From positions 398,288,001 to 398,352,000 of the forward strand of contig OZ024741.1 in assembly GCA_964016885.1 (NCBI GenBank): 64,000 nucleotides of DNA. Reading direction: 5' to 3'. Under the pieces are notes generated by a model. That model was not told the DNA's origin, did no database searches, and saw nothing but the letters and a program-made list of their open reading frames with translations. The position numbers and the translations under genes are program-made. Shown in pieces: positions 1 through 9,944 of the stretch (its first letter is position 1; each line of letters begins with the position of its first letter). Source of the stretch: Eledone cirrhosa. Its lineage: Eukaryota.

Positions 1-909
1 TACTGGAACAAAAGGGGTTAATATTACAGAATGACAGTGTGTCTCTTTAACAATACTGGAACAAAAGGGTTAATATTACAGAATGACAGTGTGGCTCCTT
101 AGCAATACTAGAACAAAAGGGTTAATATTACAGAATGACAGTGTGTCTCTTTAACAATACTGGAACAAAAGGGTTAATATTACAGAATGACAGTGTGTCT
201 CCTTAGCAATACTAGAACAAAAGGGTTAATATTACAGAATGGCAGTGTGTCTCCTTAGCAATACTGGAACAAAAGGGTTAATATTACAGAATGTCAGTGT
301 GTCTCCTTAGCAATACTGGAACAAAAGGGTTAATATTACAGAATGGCAGTGTGTTTTTATAGCAATACTAGAACAAAAGGGTTAATATTACAGAATGGCA
401 GTGTGTCTCCTTCGCAATACTGGAACAAAACGGTTAATATTACAGAATGACAGTGTGGCTGCTTAGCAATATGGGTACAAAAGGGTTAATATTACAGAAT
501 GACAGTGTGTCTCTTTAACAATACTGGAACAAAAGGGTTAATATTACAGAATGACAGTGTGTCTCCTTAGCATTACTGGAACAAAAGGGTTAATATTACA
601 GAATGACAGTGTGTTTCCTTAGCAATACTGGAACAAAAGGGTTAATATTACAGAATGGCAGTGTGTTTTTATAGCAATACTAGAACAAAAGGGTTAATAT
701 TACAGAATGGCAGTGTGTCTCCTTAGCAATACTGGAACAAAAGGGTTAATAGTACAGAATGGCAGTGTGTTTTTATAGCAATACTGTAACAAAAGGGTTA
801 ATATTACAGAATGGCAGTGTGTCTCCTTAGCAATACTGGAACAAAAGGGTTAATATTACAGAATGGCAGTGTGTTTCCTTAGCAATACTGGAACAAAAGG
901 GTTAATATT
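1..909. repeat. 52-bp minisatellite, ~17 copies, runs off the left edge
   Basis: Unit TACTGGAACAAAAGGGTTAATATTACAGAATGACAGTGTGTCTCCTTAGCAA, with starts at 1, 54, 106 and onward. Confidence 0.97.
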
Positions 910-934
910 CTTTGTAAAATATCTCATCCATTTT

Positions 935-1197
935 ATCATCATCATTATTTAACGTCCATTTTCCATGCTAGCATCGATATATGAGTTGTCCTTTTGTTAG
1001 ACAAGTCAGATCAGATGACCATATCTTGTTCAGTAGGATGTCCTTCCTAATGTCAACCACATTCACTGTGGCACCCTAGCAACCACCTTACAAGTTGAAC
1101 TGGGTACTTTTTCATCATGTCACCAGTACGACCACCTTACAAGGTAGACCGGGTACCTTTTCATAATGTCACCAGTACAACCACCTTATAGGGTGCC
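935..1197 (-). mobile_element. Degenerate RTE-tail retroposon fragment with a ~49-bp internal tandem duplication
   Basis: (ATC)n-tttaacgtccattttccatgctagcat is the reverse complement of the 3' terminus at 2283-2326; ggatgtccttcctaatgtcaaccac motif; accaccttacaag...gtcaccagtac repeated at ~1082, 1131 and 1180. Confidence 0.7.
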
Positions 1198-1219
1198 ATT
1201 TGTTCATGTATATAAAACA

Positions 1220-1256
<37 letters not shown>

Positions 1257-1339
1257 ATAATAATAAATTTGAAGACTAAAATCCAAAGAGGGCTCGATAA
1301 GGATAAATATATATCAAATATATAAGAACCGTAGAGCAA

Positions 1340-1458
1340 ATATTTATTAAAATAACAGATTAAAGTTTAAGCAAAGAATCGCTGCTTTCTGAAGATCCCG
1401 TTAAGGGTGAAAGCAGCGATTCTTTGCTTAAACTTTAATCTGTTATTTTAATAAATAT
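1340..1458 (+). repeat. Perfect 50-bp inverted repeat around a hammerhead-like core (Penelope-like terminus candidate)
   Basis: 1340-1389 is the exact reverse complement of 1409-1458; the centre reads CTGAAGA-tcccgttaagggt-GAAA; the right arm ends AATAAA then (AT)n. Confidence 0.9.
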
Positions 1459-1479
1459 ATATATAGAGAGAGAGAGAGG

Positions 1480-2326
1480 TAGACCACAAAAGATTTCTCT
1501 CTAAAAATGAAAGGCAGATTGTATGATACCTGTATACGAACAGCAATGCTACATGGCAGTGAGACTTGGGCGTTGTGTGCAGAGGACCTGCGCAGACTGG
1601 AAAGGAATGAAGCATGCATGCACCGTTGGATGTGTAATAGTAATATACGTGAACGGCAAAGCATAAATGAACTAAGTGAGAAATTAGGAATAAGAGGGAT
1701 CAGATGCTGTTTACTTGAGAGAAGACCAAGTTGGTATGGTCACGTGATGCGCATGGAATATGTTAGCTGTATAAAAAAGTGCAGGGCGATCAAAATTGAC
1801 GGAAGTTACGGAGTAGGTAGACCCAGAAAAACCTGGGATGATTTGATAAATTCCTCTCTAAGACAATGTCACTTGACCGAGATCTTTGGCGCCACACAGT
1901 AATGCAGAAGACTCGCCTTGCCTATGTACAAAGTGAAACCTACAGTCAGTAGGCACCTCTTAACCAAATATACACCCCCAATCCACTACCCCTACCCTAT
2001 CCTCCCACTCCCACCAACACCACCCTTTCTCTGTAAAGTTGGTACCACAACATCCAGTCCAAATAAATGAGATAATGAGATCGAGATCGTCACGACAAAA
2101 AACACAGTCCACGTTGTAATGTGGCCATGTAGGTAACATGGTAAAAAGTTCCCAGTCCACACTGTAAATATGGTTGGTGTTAGGAAGGGCATCCAGCCGT
2201 AGAAAACCTGCCAGATTGTCCTATATGAGCGAGACACGTTCACCCGACCAACCTTGCCCCAAATTGGGACAACTCCCGTCTAACCCATGCTAGCGTGGAA
2301 GATGGACGTTAAACGATGATGATGAT
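1480..2326 (+). mobile_element. 5'-truncated, decayed RTE-clade LINE (ORF C-terminus, 3' UTR, (GAT)n tail)
   Basis: ORF 1507-1902 (KGRLYDTCIRTAMLHGSETWAL...WYGHVMRM...GRPRKTW) matches the C-terminus of the 14469-15611 ORF; ends acccatgctagcgtggaa...ggacgttaaac(gat)4. Confidence 0.93.
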
Positions 2327-2450
2327 ATATATTTTTTTTTTTCAGACTATATAAAAGACCTATATATATATTTTTCAAACTATATAAGACATTTCTATAT
2401 ATATTTTTCAGACTATATAAGACACCTCTATATATATTTTTCAGACTATA
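2327..2450 (+). repeat. 33-bp tandem repeat (4 copies) overlapping the SYAP1 3' splice site
   Basis: tttttcag|actata recurs with AG ending at 2345, 2411 and 2444; the copy at 2378 has AA instead of AG. Confidence 0.9.
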
Positions 2451-2591
2451 CTTGGTGAATTCACTCGGGAGCAGGAAAAGTTTGTGAATGAAAACAAAGA
2501 AAAAGGGAAGAATGCTGAAGCAGCTGTCCCTCCATGGGTTGGTTACAATGAAGAAGAAACTATGAAGAAACAAATTCTGGCTTTGTCTTCT
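2445..2591 (+). CDS. SYAP1: SYAP1 (synapse-associated protein 1, BSD domain) internal exon, 147 bp, phase 0/0
   Basis: ttttcag acceptor and gtaagt donor; translates [49 protein letters not shown], matching remembered vertebrate SYAP1 TIIGDFQKEQKKFV...EAAVPPWV...QILALS. Confidence 0.93.
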
Positions 2592-2748
2592 GTAAGTTCA
2601 TACACATCTTCACTTTTATTTTCTCTTTCGCCAGTATCTGCGAGATACAGGCTTCGATCTCTCGTAGCGGCCACTAGTAATTTCTTTTTCTGTCATTAAG
2701 GGTCTTCACCCTGTTTTATAGTCACCACTCTTTATATTATGTTTATTG

Positions 2749-3217
2749 CCTCAGTGCTTCATAAAAGTCTGAGAGACAACTATATACACAATGTTTGTTG
2801 ACACCTAAAATTTGTGATTGTGTCAGTTGTCATGCTCCCTTGATTTAATGGTTTAAAGTGCCTAGCTGGTATCTGGGAGATATGAGGTCCAATTCCTCAT
2901 ACTGCTGATGGCAACTTCTTTTTTATCTTTAAAAATCTTCATCGTATTTTATAAGCTATTTTATAGCATCCTTGCACATGAGCACACCATTCTTTATATT
3001 AACTTTGTCCCCTCAGCGCTTTGTAAAAGTCTAAGAGATCGGCTATGTATACACAATGTTTGTTGATACCTAAAAGCTGTGGTTCACCTATCTAATTTAA
3101 GATGGTAAGATTTATCATGATCCTTTGGTTTAATGGTTTAAAGCACCTAGCTGGTATTTAGGGGATATGGGGTTATGGGGTTCGATTCCTCATAGCAGCT
3201 GGTGACAGCTTCTTTTT
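2749..3217 (+). repeat. Diverged ~260-bp tandem duplication, each copy ending in a tRNA-like (SINE head) segment
   Basis: cctcag.gctt...aaaagtct...tacacaatgtttgttga at ~2749 and ~3010; A-box-like tggtttaatgg, B-box ggttcgattcc and a T-run at 2834-2924 and 3119-3217. Confidence 0.7.
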
Positions 3218-3224
3218 CTGTCTT

Positions 3225-3525
3225 CTACCACAACTTCCTTCTACTTGGAGCTCCTGGTACGTCTTCATCCAATGATCATCTATATACATGTCTGTACCAG
3301 TGCAGTCTTCTCACTTGTACACTACATCCAGTTCCTTTTATGTCCAGTTATTTCTTTATCACCTCATCTTGGTTTTGTCATTCATGCATATTAACATTAC
3401 ACATCCAATGGAGTATGTTTAATCGTTTCTCTCTAGCCTTTGTATAACTTCTCCATTCACTGCTCCTGTCTCTCTGCCTTGCAACATCGCACTTCTCACA
3501 CATTTATGATACAATCTTGTTTCTG
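3225..3525 (-). mobile_element. Old, degraded RTE LINE C-terminal fragment
   Basis: gtaccagtgcagtcttctcac (reverse strand RRLHWY) and cattacacatccaatggag (reverse strand LHWMCN) match the RTE ORF end. Confidence 0.7.
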
Positions 3526-3659
3526 CTAAAGGAAAGAAAGACTAGCCAGGGTATTAAACAAGCAGACTATTGTCTAAGTTAAAAGTTGACATGATATCTG
3601 TTTTGATACAAACTCTCTGTGTAAAAGCCTCTCAGATTAAAGTTTTTAGAGCACTACAT

Positions 3660-4275
3660 AAAATGCTCCATGGCATTTAGTTATGGCGCTCTTTACACTC
3701 TGAATTCAATTCCTGCCAAGGTCAACTTTGCCTTTCATCCTTCCAGGGTTGATAAAATAAAGTACCAGTCATGTACTGGGGCTGATGTAATCAACTTAAC
3801 ACAAATTGTTGGTCTTAGGCCTAAATTAGAAATCATTGCTTAGAAAGGGCGGTGAATTGGCAGTATCGGTAGAGGGTTGGATGCCATGCTTTCTAGCATA
3901 GTTCATAGTTCTGAGTTCTTTACGTTCTGAGTTCAAATCCCGCCGAGGTTAACTTTGCCTTTCATCCTTACGGGGTCGATAAAATAAAGTACCAGTAATA
4001 CACTGGGTATTTGCTGGCCTTGTGCCAAAAGTAGAAACAATTGCTTAGAAAGGGCATTAGATTAGCAATATCAGTAGAACATCAGCCACCATGCTTCACA
4101 TTCTGAGTTCAAATCCCGCTGAGGTTAGCTTTGCCTTTCATCATTACAGGGTTGATAAAATAAAGTACCAGTAACACACTGGGATTGATTTAATCCCCCC
4201 CCCCTCCCACACACACACCACATACACACTTCTTCCCCACAAATTGATGGCCTTGTGTCTAAATTAGAAATCAAT
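3660..4275 (+). mobile_element. Three head-to-tail tRNA-derived SINEs with a Nin/Deu-like central domain
   Basis: gagttcaaatcccgccgaggttaactttgcctttcatcc...gataaaataaagtaccag occurs three times; the middle copy (~3848-4042) is flanked by attgcttagaaagggc at 3835-3850 and 4040-4055. Confidence 0.85.
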
Positions 4276-4424
4276 ATTTAGAAAGCATGTATGAAACATT
4301 TCTCCGAATTGAGAGATCACAACTCTGATACTATGGAGATGTGGATTGAATGTCTCAGGAAAGAAACACTGGAAAGATTCTAAGGGAACAACCAACTAGA
4401 GGTAGACCCTGAGCATGCGTAAAC

Positions 4425-4990
4425 AGACTGTATATCTAGGTGACCTAATTAGCAGCAGAGGCGGGTGTGCCAAGAGTATAGTGGCTGGAGTAAGGTGTCT
4501 CCCTACAAAAGGAAGACTATGATGCTTGTGTGCAATGCACAATAATGTATGATAGTGAAACATGGGCTGTTGATATAAAGCACATGTGTAGACTGGAGAG
4601 AAATAATGAAACAACCATGCTTCGTTGGATGTGCAATGTAAATGTTAGAGAAAGGCAGAGCTTGGATGAGCTGACAGAGAAGCTGGGCTTAAGGGTAATC
4701 CGAGATGGTGTGCAGGAGAGAAGACTGTGTTGGTATGGACATGTGATGTGCCTGGACAATGACTGATGGGTGAACAAATGTCAAGAAATTTCAGTGGAAG
4801 GAAACTGCAATAGAGGATGGTCAAGAAAGACCTGCGCAGAGGTTGTGAGAACTGACCTCAAATCACTAAGACTGGCAGAGGAGATGACGAATGATTGCGA
4901 CAAGTGGAGAGATGCTGTGCTGAGAAGGACTCGTTCAACCCATGCAAGCATGGAAAAGCAGACGTAAAAATGATAATAAAAAAAATGATG
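4425..4990 (+). mobile_element. Decayed RTE LINE 3' fragment of an older subfamily with a very short 3' UTR
   Basis: YLGDLISSRGGC..., MYDSETWAV...MLRWMCNV...WYGHVM, RGWSRKT; stops and frameshifts; terminus acccatgcaagcatggaaaagcagacgtaaaaatgat. Confidence 0.88.
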
Positions 4991-5059
4991 AAAATTATTG
5001 TGTACAGTTCTCAGGTGCACTACAACTCATCAAAGGTGCATGTATAGTATATAGAATAA

Positions 5060-5197
5060 TGGTTTCTGATATAGACACACGTCCAACAATTTTAAGGGAA
5101 TGGAAAGTCAATTAAATTGACTCTGGTGCATTACTGGTACTTTATTTTATCGACCCCGTAAGGATGAAAGGCAAAGCTAACCTCGGCGGCATTTGAA
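5060..5197 (-). mobile_element. Nin/Deu-type SINE 3' fragment
   Basis: actggtactttattttatcgaccccgtaaggatgaaaggcaaagctaacctcggcgg is the reverse complement of the 3848-4042 SINE core. Confidence 0.85.
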
Positions 5198-5537
5198 TAG
5201 TACATAACATAATGTACAGATGTGAGGAAAGTGATGATAATGATGATGAAAAAACCAATGATGATACAAAGATCCACATAGTCATATGTATACAGCTATT
5301 TACATTACTCTATATATACTATTGTATTTTGACGGTAAACGCTTTATCTCACATATCTCACATAATATCAAATATATGAGATTTTGATATTATTTATTTT
5401 GAGAACAATATCTTAACGTCAGTATGAGTGGCCAGTTACGGCTGGTTTGAACAGAGAGAGGTGAGAGAATTCTGGCCAGATATGGCCGGTTTAAATGCTA
5501 AAGGGTTAATTCTATATTGTTTTTTTTGTTTTTACAG

Positions 5538-5677
5538 GACAAGAGAAATTTCCTAAGAAATCCTCCCGCGGGTGTTCAATTCAGTTTTGATTTTGATACT
5601 GTCTATCCTATTGCTATGGCAACTCTACAAGAAGACCCCGAACTTCAAAAGATGAGGTTTGAGTTGGTGCCCAAACA
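5538..5677 (+). CDS. SYAP1: SYAP1 internal exon, 140 bp, phase 0/2 (start of the BSD domain)
   Basis: tttttacag acceptor and gtaagt donor; [46 protein letters not shown]; in frame with the previous exon; not captured by the ORF track. Confidence 0.95.
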
Positions 5678-5695
5678 GTAAGTATATCTATAGTT

Positions 5696-6348
5696 ATGTT
5701 GTAGTAGTAGTAGTTGTGGGAGTGGCTGTGGTGGTGGTAGTAGTAGTGGTGGTGATGGTGGTAATGGGGGGTAGTCGGGGTGGTGTGGTGGTGGTGGTAG
5801 TAGTAGTGGTGGTGGTAGTGGGGGTGGGGGAATGGTGGTAGTGGGTGGTGGTGGTGGTAGTAGTAGTGGTAGTGGTGGTGGTGGTGGTGGTAGTGGGGTG
5901 ATGGTGGTAGTAGTAATGGTGGGGGTGGTGGTAGTAGGTGGGGGGTAATAGTGGTGGTGATGGTGATAGTGGGGGTGGGGGTGGTAGTAGTAGTAGTGGT
6001 GGTGATGGTGGTAGTGGGGGTGGTGATGGTGCTGGTGTTAGTGGTGGTGATGGTAGGAGTGGTAGTGGTAGTAGCAAGATTAGTAGCAGTAGCAGTAGTA
6101 CTACTAACAGTAATAGTAGTAGTAGTAGTAGCAGTAGTAGTAGTAGTAGTAGTAGCAGCAGCAGCAGTAGTACTAGCAACCGTAGTAGTAGTAGTAGTAG
6201 TAGCAGTATTAGCAGAAAAGTAGCAGCAGCAGTAGTATTACTAACAGTAGCAGTAGTAGCAGTAACAACAGCAGTAGCAGCAGTAGTACTACTAACAGTA
6301 GTAGTAGTAGTAATAGTAGCAGCATCACTAGTAGCAGTAGTAGTAGTT
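5696..6348. repeat. Compound trinucleotide microsatellite (GGT/GTG to GTA to GCA)
   Basis: Direct reading; accounts for the low-complexity ORFs between 5659 and 6435. Confidence 0.97.
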
Positions 6349-6574
6349 ATATATGTATTTAATTCAGTTAACATTAGATGTTATAGTATTGACTGTTTTG
6401 TTTGGTATAAAATCAATATATCTCTTAACCACTGATTGATTTATCAATATTCATAAATGTGACACTTCCCAATCACTATGTGAGTTCAATAAACATGTAT
6501 TCGTCTTGTTTTGGGGAAGAATATAGGCTTAGCTCTGGACACTAATTTTAATTACTGTTTTAAATGAACTGCAG

Positions 6575-6740
6575 AAAGCTTGCCAGACAAAGGGTGATGA
6601 GGACCCTTCAGTTGTGTTAAGGACATGACAACCTCCCTCGTGTTTGGAGACCTACAGGATAGACATAGCCAGTACATGCTGTAAAGTGGTTAGTAATAGG
6701 AAGGGCATACAGCCATAAAAAGCTTGCCAGACAAAGTGTG
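6575..6740 (+). mobile_element. Degenerate RTE-tail SINE fragment
   Basis: ctgtaaagtggttagtaataggaagggcatacagccataaaaa resembles the RTE UTR at 2161-2213; agcttgccagacaaag duplicated at ~6577 and 6721. Confidence 0.6.
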
Positions 6741-6775
6741 GACTGGGCACTTTTTGTTGTGGTACCAAAATGACC

Positions 6776-8670
6776 ACAGTGTGGACTAGGTGCTTTTTGT
6801 CATGACACCTACACAATCACTTTACAGTGTAGACTAGGTGCTTTTTGTCATGACACCTACACAATCACTTTACAGTGTGGACTAGGTGCTTTTTGTCATG
6901 TCACCTACACAACCACTTTACAGTGTGGACTAGGTGCTTTTTGCAATGAAACCTACACAATCACTTTACAGTGTAGACTAGGTGCTTTTTGTCATGACAC
7001 CTACACAATCACTTTACAGTGTGGACTAGGTGATTTTTGTCATGACACCTACACAATCACTTTACAGTGTGGACTAGGTGCTTTTTGTCATGTCACCTAC
7101 ACAATCACTTTACAGTGTGGACTAGGTGCTTTTTGTCATGTCTCCTACACAATCACTTTACAGTGTGGACTAGGTGCTTTTTGTCATGACACCTACACAA
7201 TCACTTTACAGTGTGGACTAGGTGCTTTTTGTCATGACACCTACACAATCACTTTACAGTGTGGACTAGGTGCTTTTTGTCATGACACCTACACAATCAC
7301 TTTACAGTGTGGACTAGGTGCTTTTTGTCATGACACCTACACAATCACTTTACAGTGTGGACTAGGTGCTTTTTGTCATGACACCTACACAATCACTTTA
7401 CAGTGTGGACTAGGTGCTTTTTGTCATGTCACCTACACAATCACTTTACAGTGTGGACTAGGTGCTTTTTGCAATGACACCTACACAATCACTTTACAGT
7501 GTAGACTAGGTGCTTTTTGTCATGTCACCTACACAACCACTTTACAGTGTGGACTAGGTGCTTTTTGCAATGAAACCTACACAATCACTTTACAGTGTGG
7601 ACTGGGTGCTTTTTGCAATGACACCTACACAATCACTTTACAGTGTGGACTAGGTGCTTTTTGTCATGACACCTACACAATCACTTTACAGTGTGGACTA
7701 GGTGCTTTTTGTCATGTCTCCTACACAATCACTTTACAGTGTAGACTAGGTGCTTTTTGTCATGACACCTACAAAATCACTTTACAGTGTGGACTAGGTG
7801 CTTTTTGTCATGACACCTACACAATCACTTTACAGTGTGGACTAGGTGCTTTTTGTCATGACACCTACACAATCACTTTACAGTGTGGACTAGGTGCTTT
7901 TTGTCATGTCACCTACACAATCACTTTACAGTGTGGACTAGGTGATTTTTGTCATGTCACCTACACAATCACTTTACAGTGTGGACTAGGTGCTTTTTGA
8001 AATGACACCTACACAATCACTTTACAGTGTGGACTAGGTGCTTTTTGTCATGTCACCTACACAACCACTTTACAGTGTGGACTAGGTGCTTTTTGTCATG
8101 TCACCTACACAACCACTTTACAGTGTAGACTAGGTGCTTTTTGCAATGACACCTACACAATTACTTTACAGTGTGGACCAAGTGCTTTTTGTCATGTCAC
8201 CTACACTATCACTTTACAGTATAGACTAGGTGCTTTTTGTCATGACACCTACACAATCACTTTACAGTGTGGACTAGGTGCTTTTTGTCATGTCACCTAC
8301 ACAATCACTTTACAGTGTAGACTAGGTGCTTTTTGTCATGTCACCTACACAATCACTTTACAGTGTGGACTAGGTGCTTTTTGTCATGTCACCTACACAA
8401 TCACTTTACAGTGCGGACTGGGTGCTTTTTGTCATGACACCTACACAATCACTTTACAGTGTGGACTGGGTGCTTTTTGTCATGACACCTACACAATCAC
8501 TTTACAGTGTGGACTAGGTGCTTTTTGTCATGTCACCTACACAATCACTTTACAGTCTGGACTAGGTGCTTTTTGTCATGTCACCTACACAACCACTTTA
8601 CAGTGTGGATTAGGTGCTTTTTGTCATGTCACCTACACAACCACTTTACAGTGTAGATTGGGCAGTTTTT
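6776..8670. repeat. 48-bp minisatellite, ~39 copies
   Basis: Unit ACAGTGTGGACTAGGTGCTTTTTGTCATGACACCTACACAATCACTTT; period 48 (6871, 6919). Confidence 0.97.
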
Positions 8671-8686
8671 GTTGTGGCACCAAAAT

Positions 8687-8790
8687 GGTTTCTGATTTAG
8701 CCACATGGCCCATAATTTGAAGGGAAGAGGAAAGTCAATTTAATTGACCTCAGTACTTTACAGGTACTTTATTTTATTGACCCCGTAAGG
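8687..8790 (-). mobile_element. Nin/Deu-type SINE 3' fragment
   Basis: gtttctgatttag...ggtactttattttattgaccccgtaagga. Confidence 0.75.
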
Positions 8791-9116
8791 AGAGGGGGAG
8801 CACCAAGGGAGAGATATGTACATAGAGAGAGAAAAAGGAACACTGTGCTTTCGAGGTGACAGAAAGAGGTAGATAGATAGAAAGTAATAATGTCGCCCTT
8901 ATCTAGATATAGAGAGGGGGGGAGGGCACCAAGCGAAAGAGATGTATATAAATAGAGAGAGAAAAAAGTATGCCATGTGTTTAGAGAGGAAGGGAGAGAG
9001 AGAGAGAGAGAGAAAGAAGGAGAAGATGTCGTCCTTATCGAGTAATAATAATTTGCCATTTAATTATTAATTATCATATTTGAAAAGACAGGCCAAAAAT
9101 AAAATCAAGAAAAAAG

Positions 9117-9708
9117 ATATTGTACTATAGCAATGTCAGTGACATGACAATCTCCCTGGTACTGGTGTCACTATAACATACACTCAGTAGAGCATGGGAC
9201 TGTATCTAAGTGACATATTGTACTATAGCAATGTCAGTGACATGACAATCTCCCTGGTACTGGTGTCACGATAACATACACTCAGTAGAGCATGGGACTG
9301 TATCTAAGTGACATATTGTACTATAGCAATGTCAGTGACATGACAATCTCCCTGGTACTGGTGTCACGATAACATACACTCAGTAGAGCATGGGACTGTA
9401 TCTAAGTGACATATTGTACTATAGCAATGTCAGTGACATGACAATCTCCCTGGTACTGGTGTCATGATAACATACACTCAGTAGAGCATGGGACTGTATC
9501 TAAGTGACATATTGTACTATAGCAATGTCAGTGACATGACAATCTCCCTGGTACTGGTGTCATGATAACATACACTCAGTAGAGCATGGGGGACTGTATC
9601 TAAGTGACATATTGTACTATAGCAATGTCAGTGACATGACAATCTCCCTGGTACTGGTGTCATGATAACATACACTCAGTAGAGCATGGGACTGTATCTA
9701 AGTGACAT
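9117..9708. repeat. 98-bp tandem repeat, 6 near-identical copies
   Basis: tgtactatagcaatgtcagtgacatgac... at 9121, 9219, 9317 and onward. Confidence 0.96.
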
Positions 9709-9944
9709 GCTGACACCTGCCCTGTCTGAGTGGTCAGTAACCCCATTTCAGTATTGACCCAATCTGTAAAGACATGTCAAACCCTTGCTAGCAGGGAAAG
9801 CAAACATTAAAGGATGATGGTGAGAAGGAGGATCCCTTAATTCTCCAATTGGACAGAGCAACTGACCCATTTACCATCCTCTCACAGTGAGAGATATTTA
9901 TGGCTATTAATGCTGGTTTTGTTATGTCATAGTCTTTTAAGTAG

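Noticed and set aside
2592-2699. ORF-track extensions beyond exon boundaries (2484-2699, 10700-11038)
   Set aside because: SYAP1 similarity stops exactly at the GT donors; the extensions are intronic read-through
5659-6435. Poly-Val/Gly/Ser/Thr/Leu/Pro ORFs
   Set aside because: Trinucleotide microsatellite in an intron
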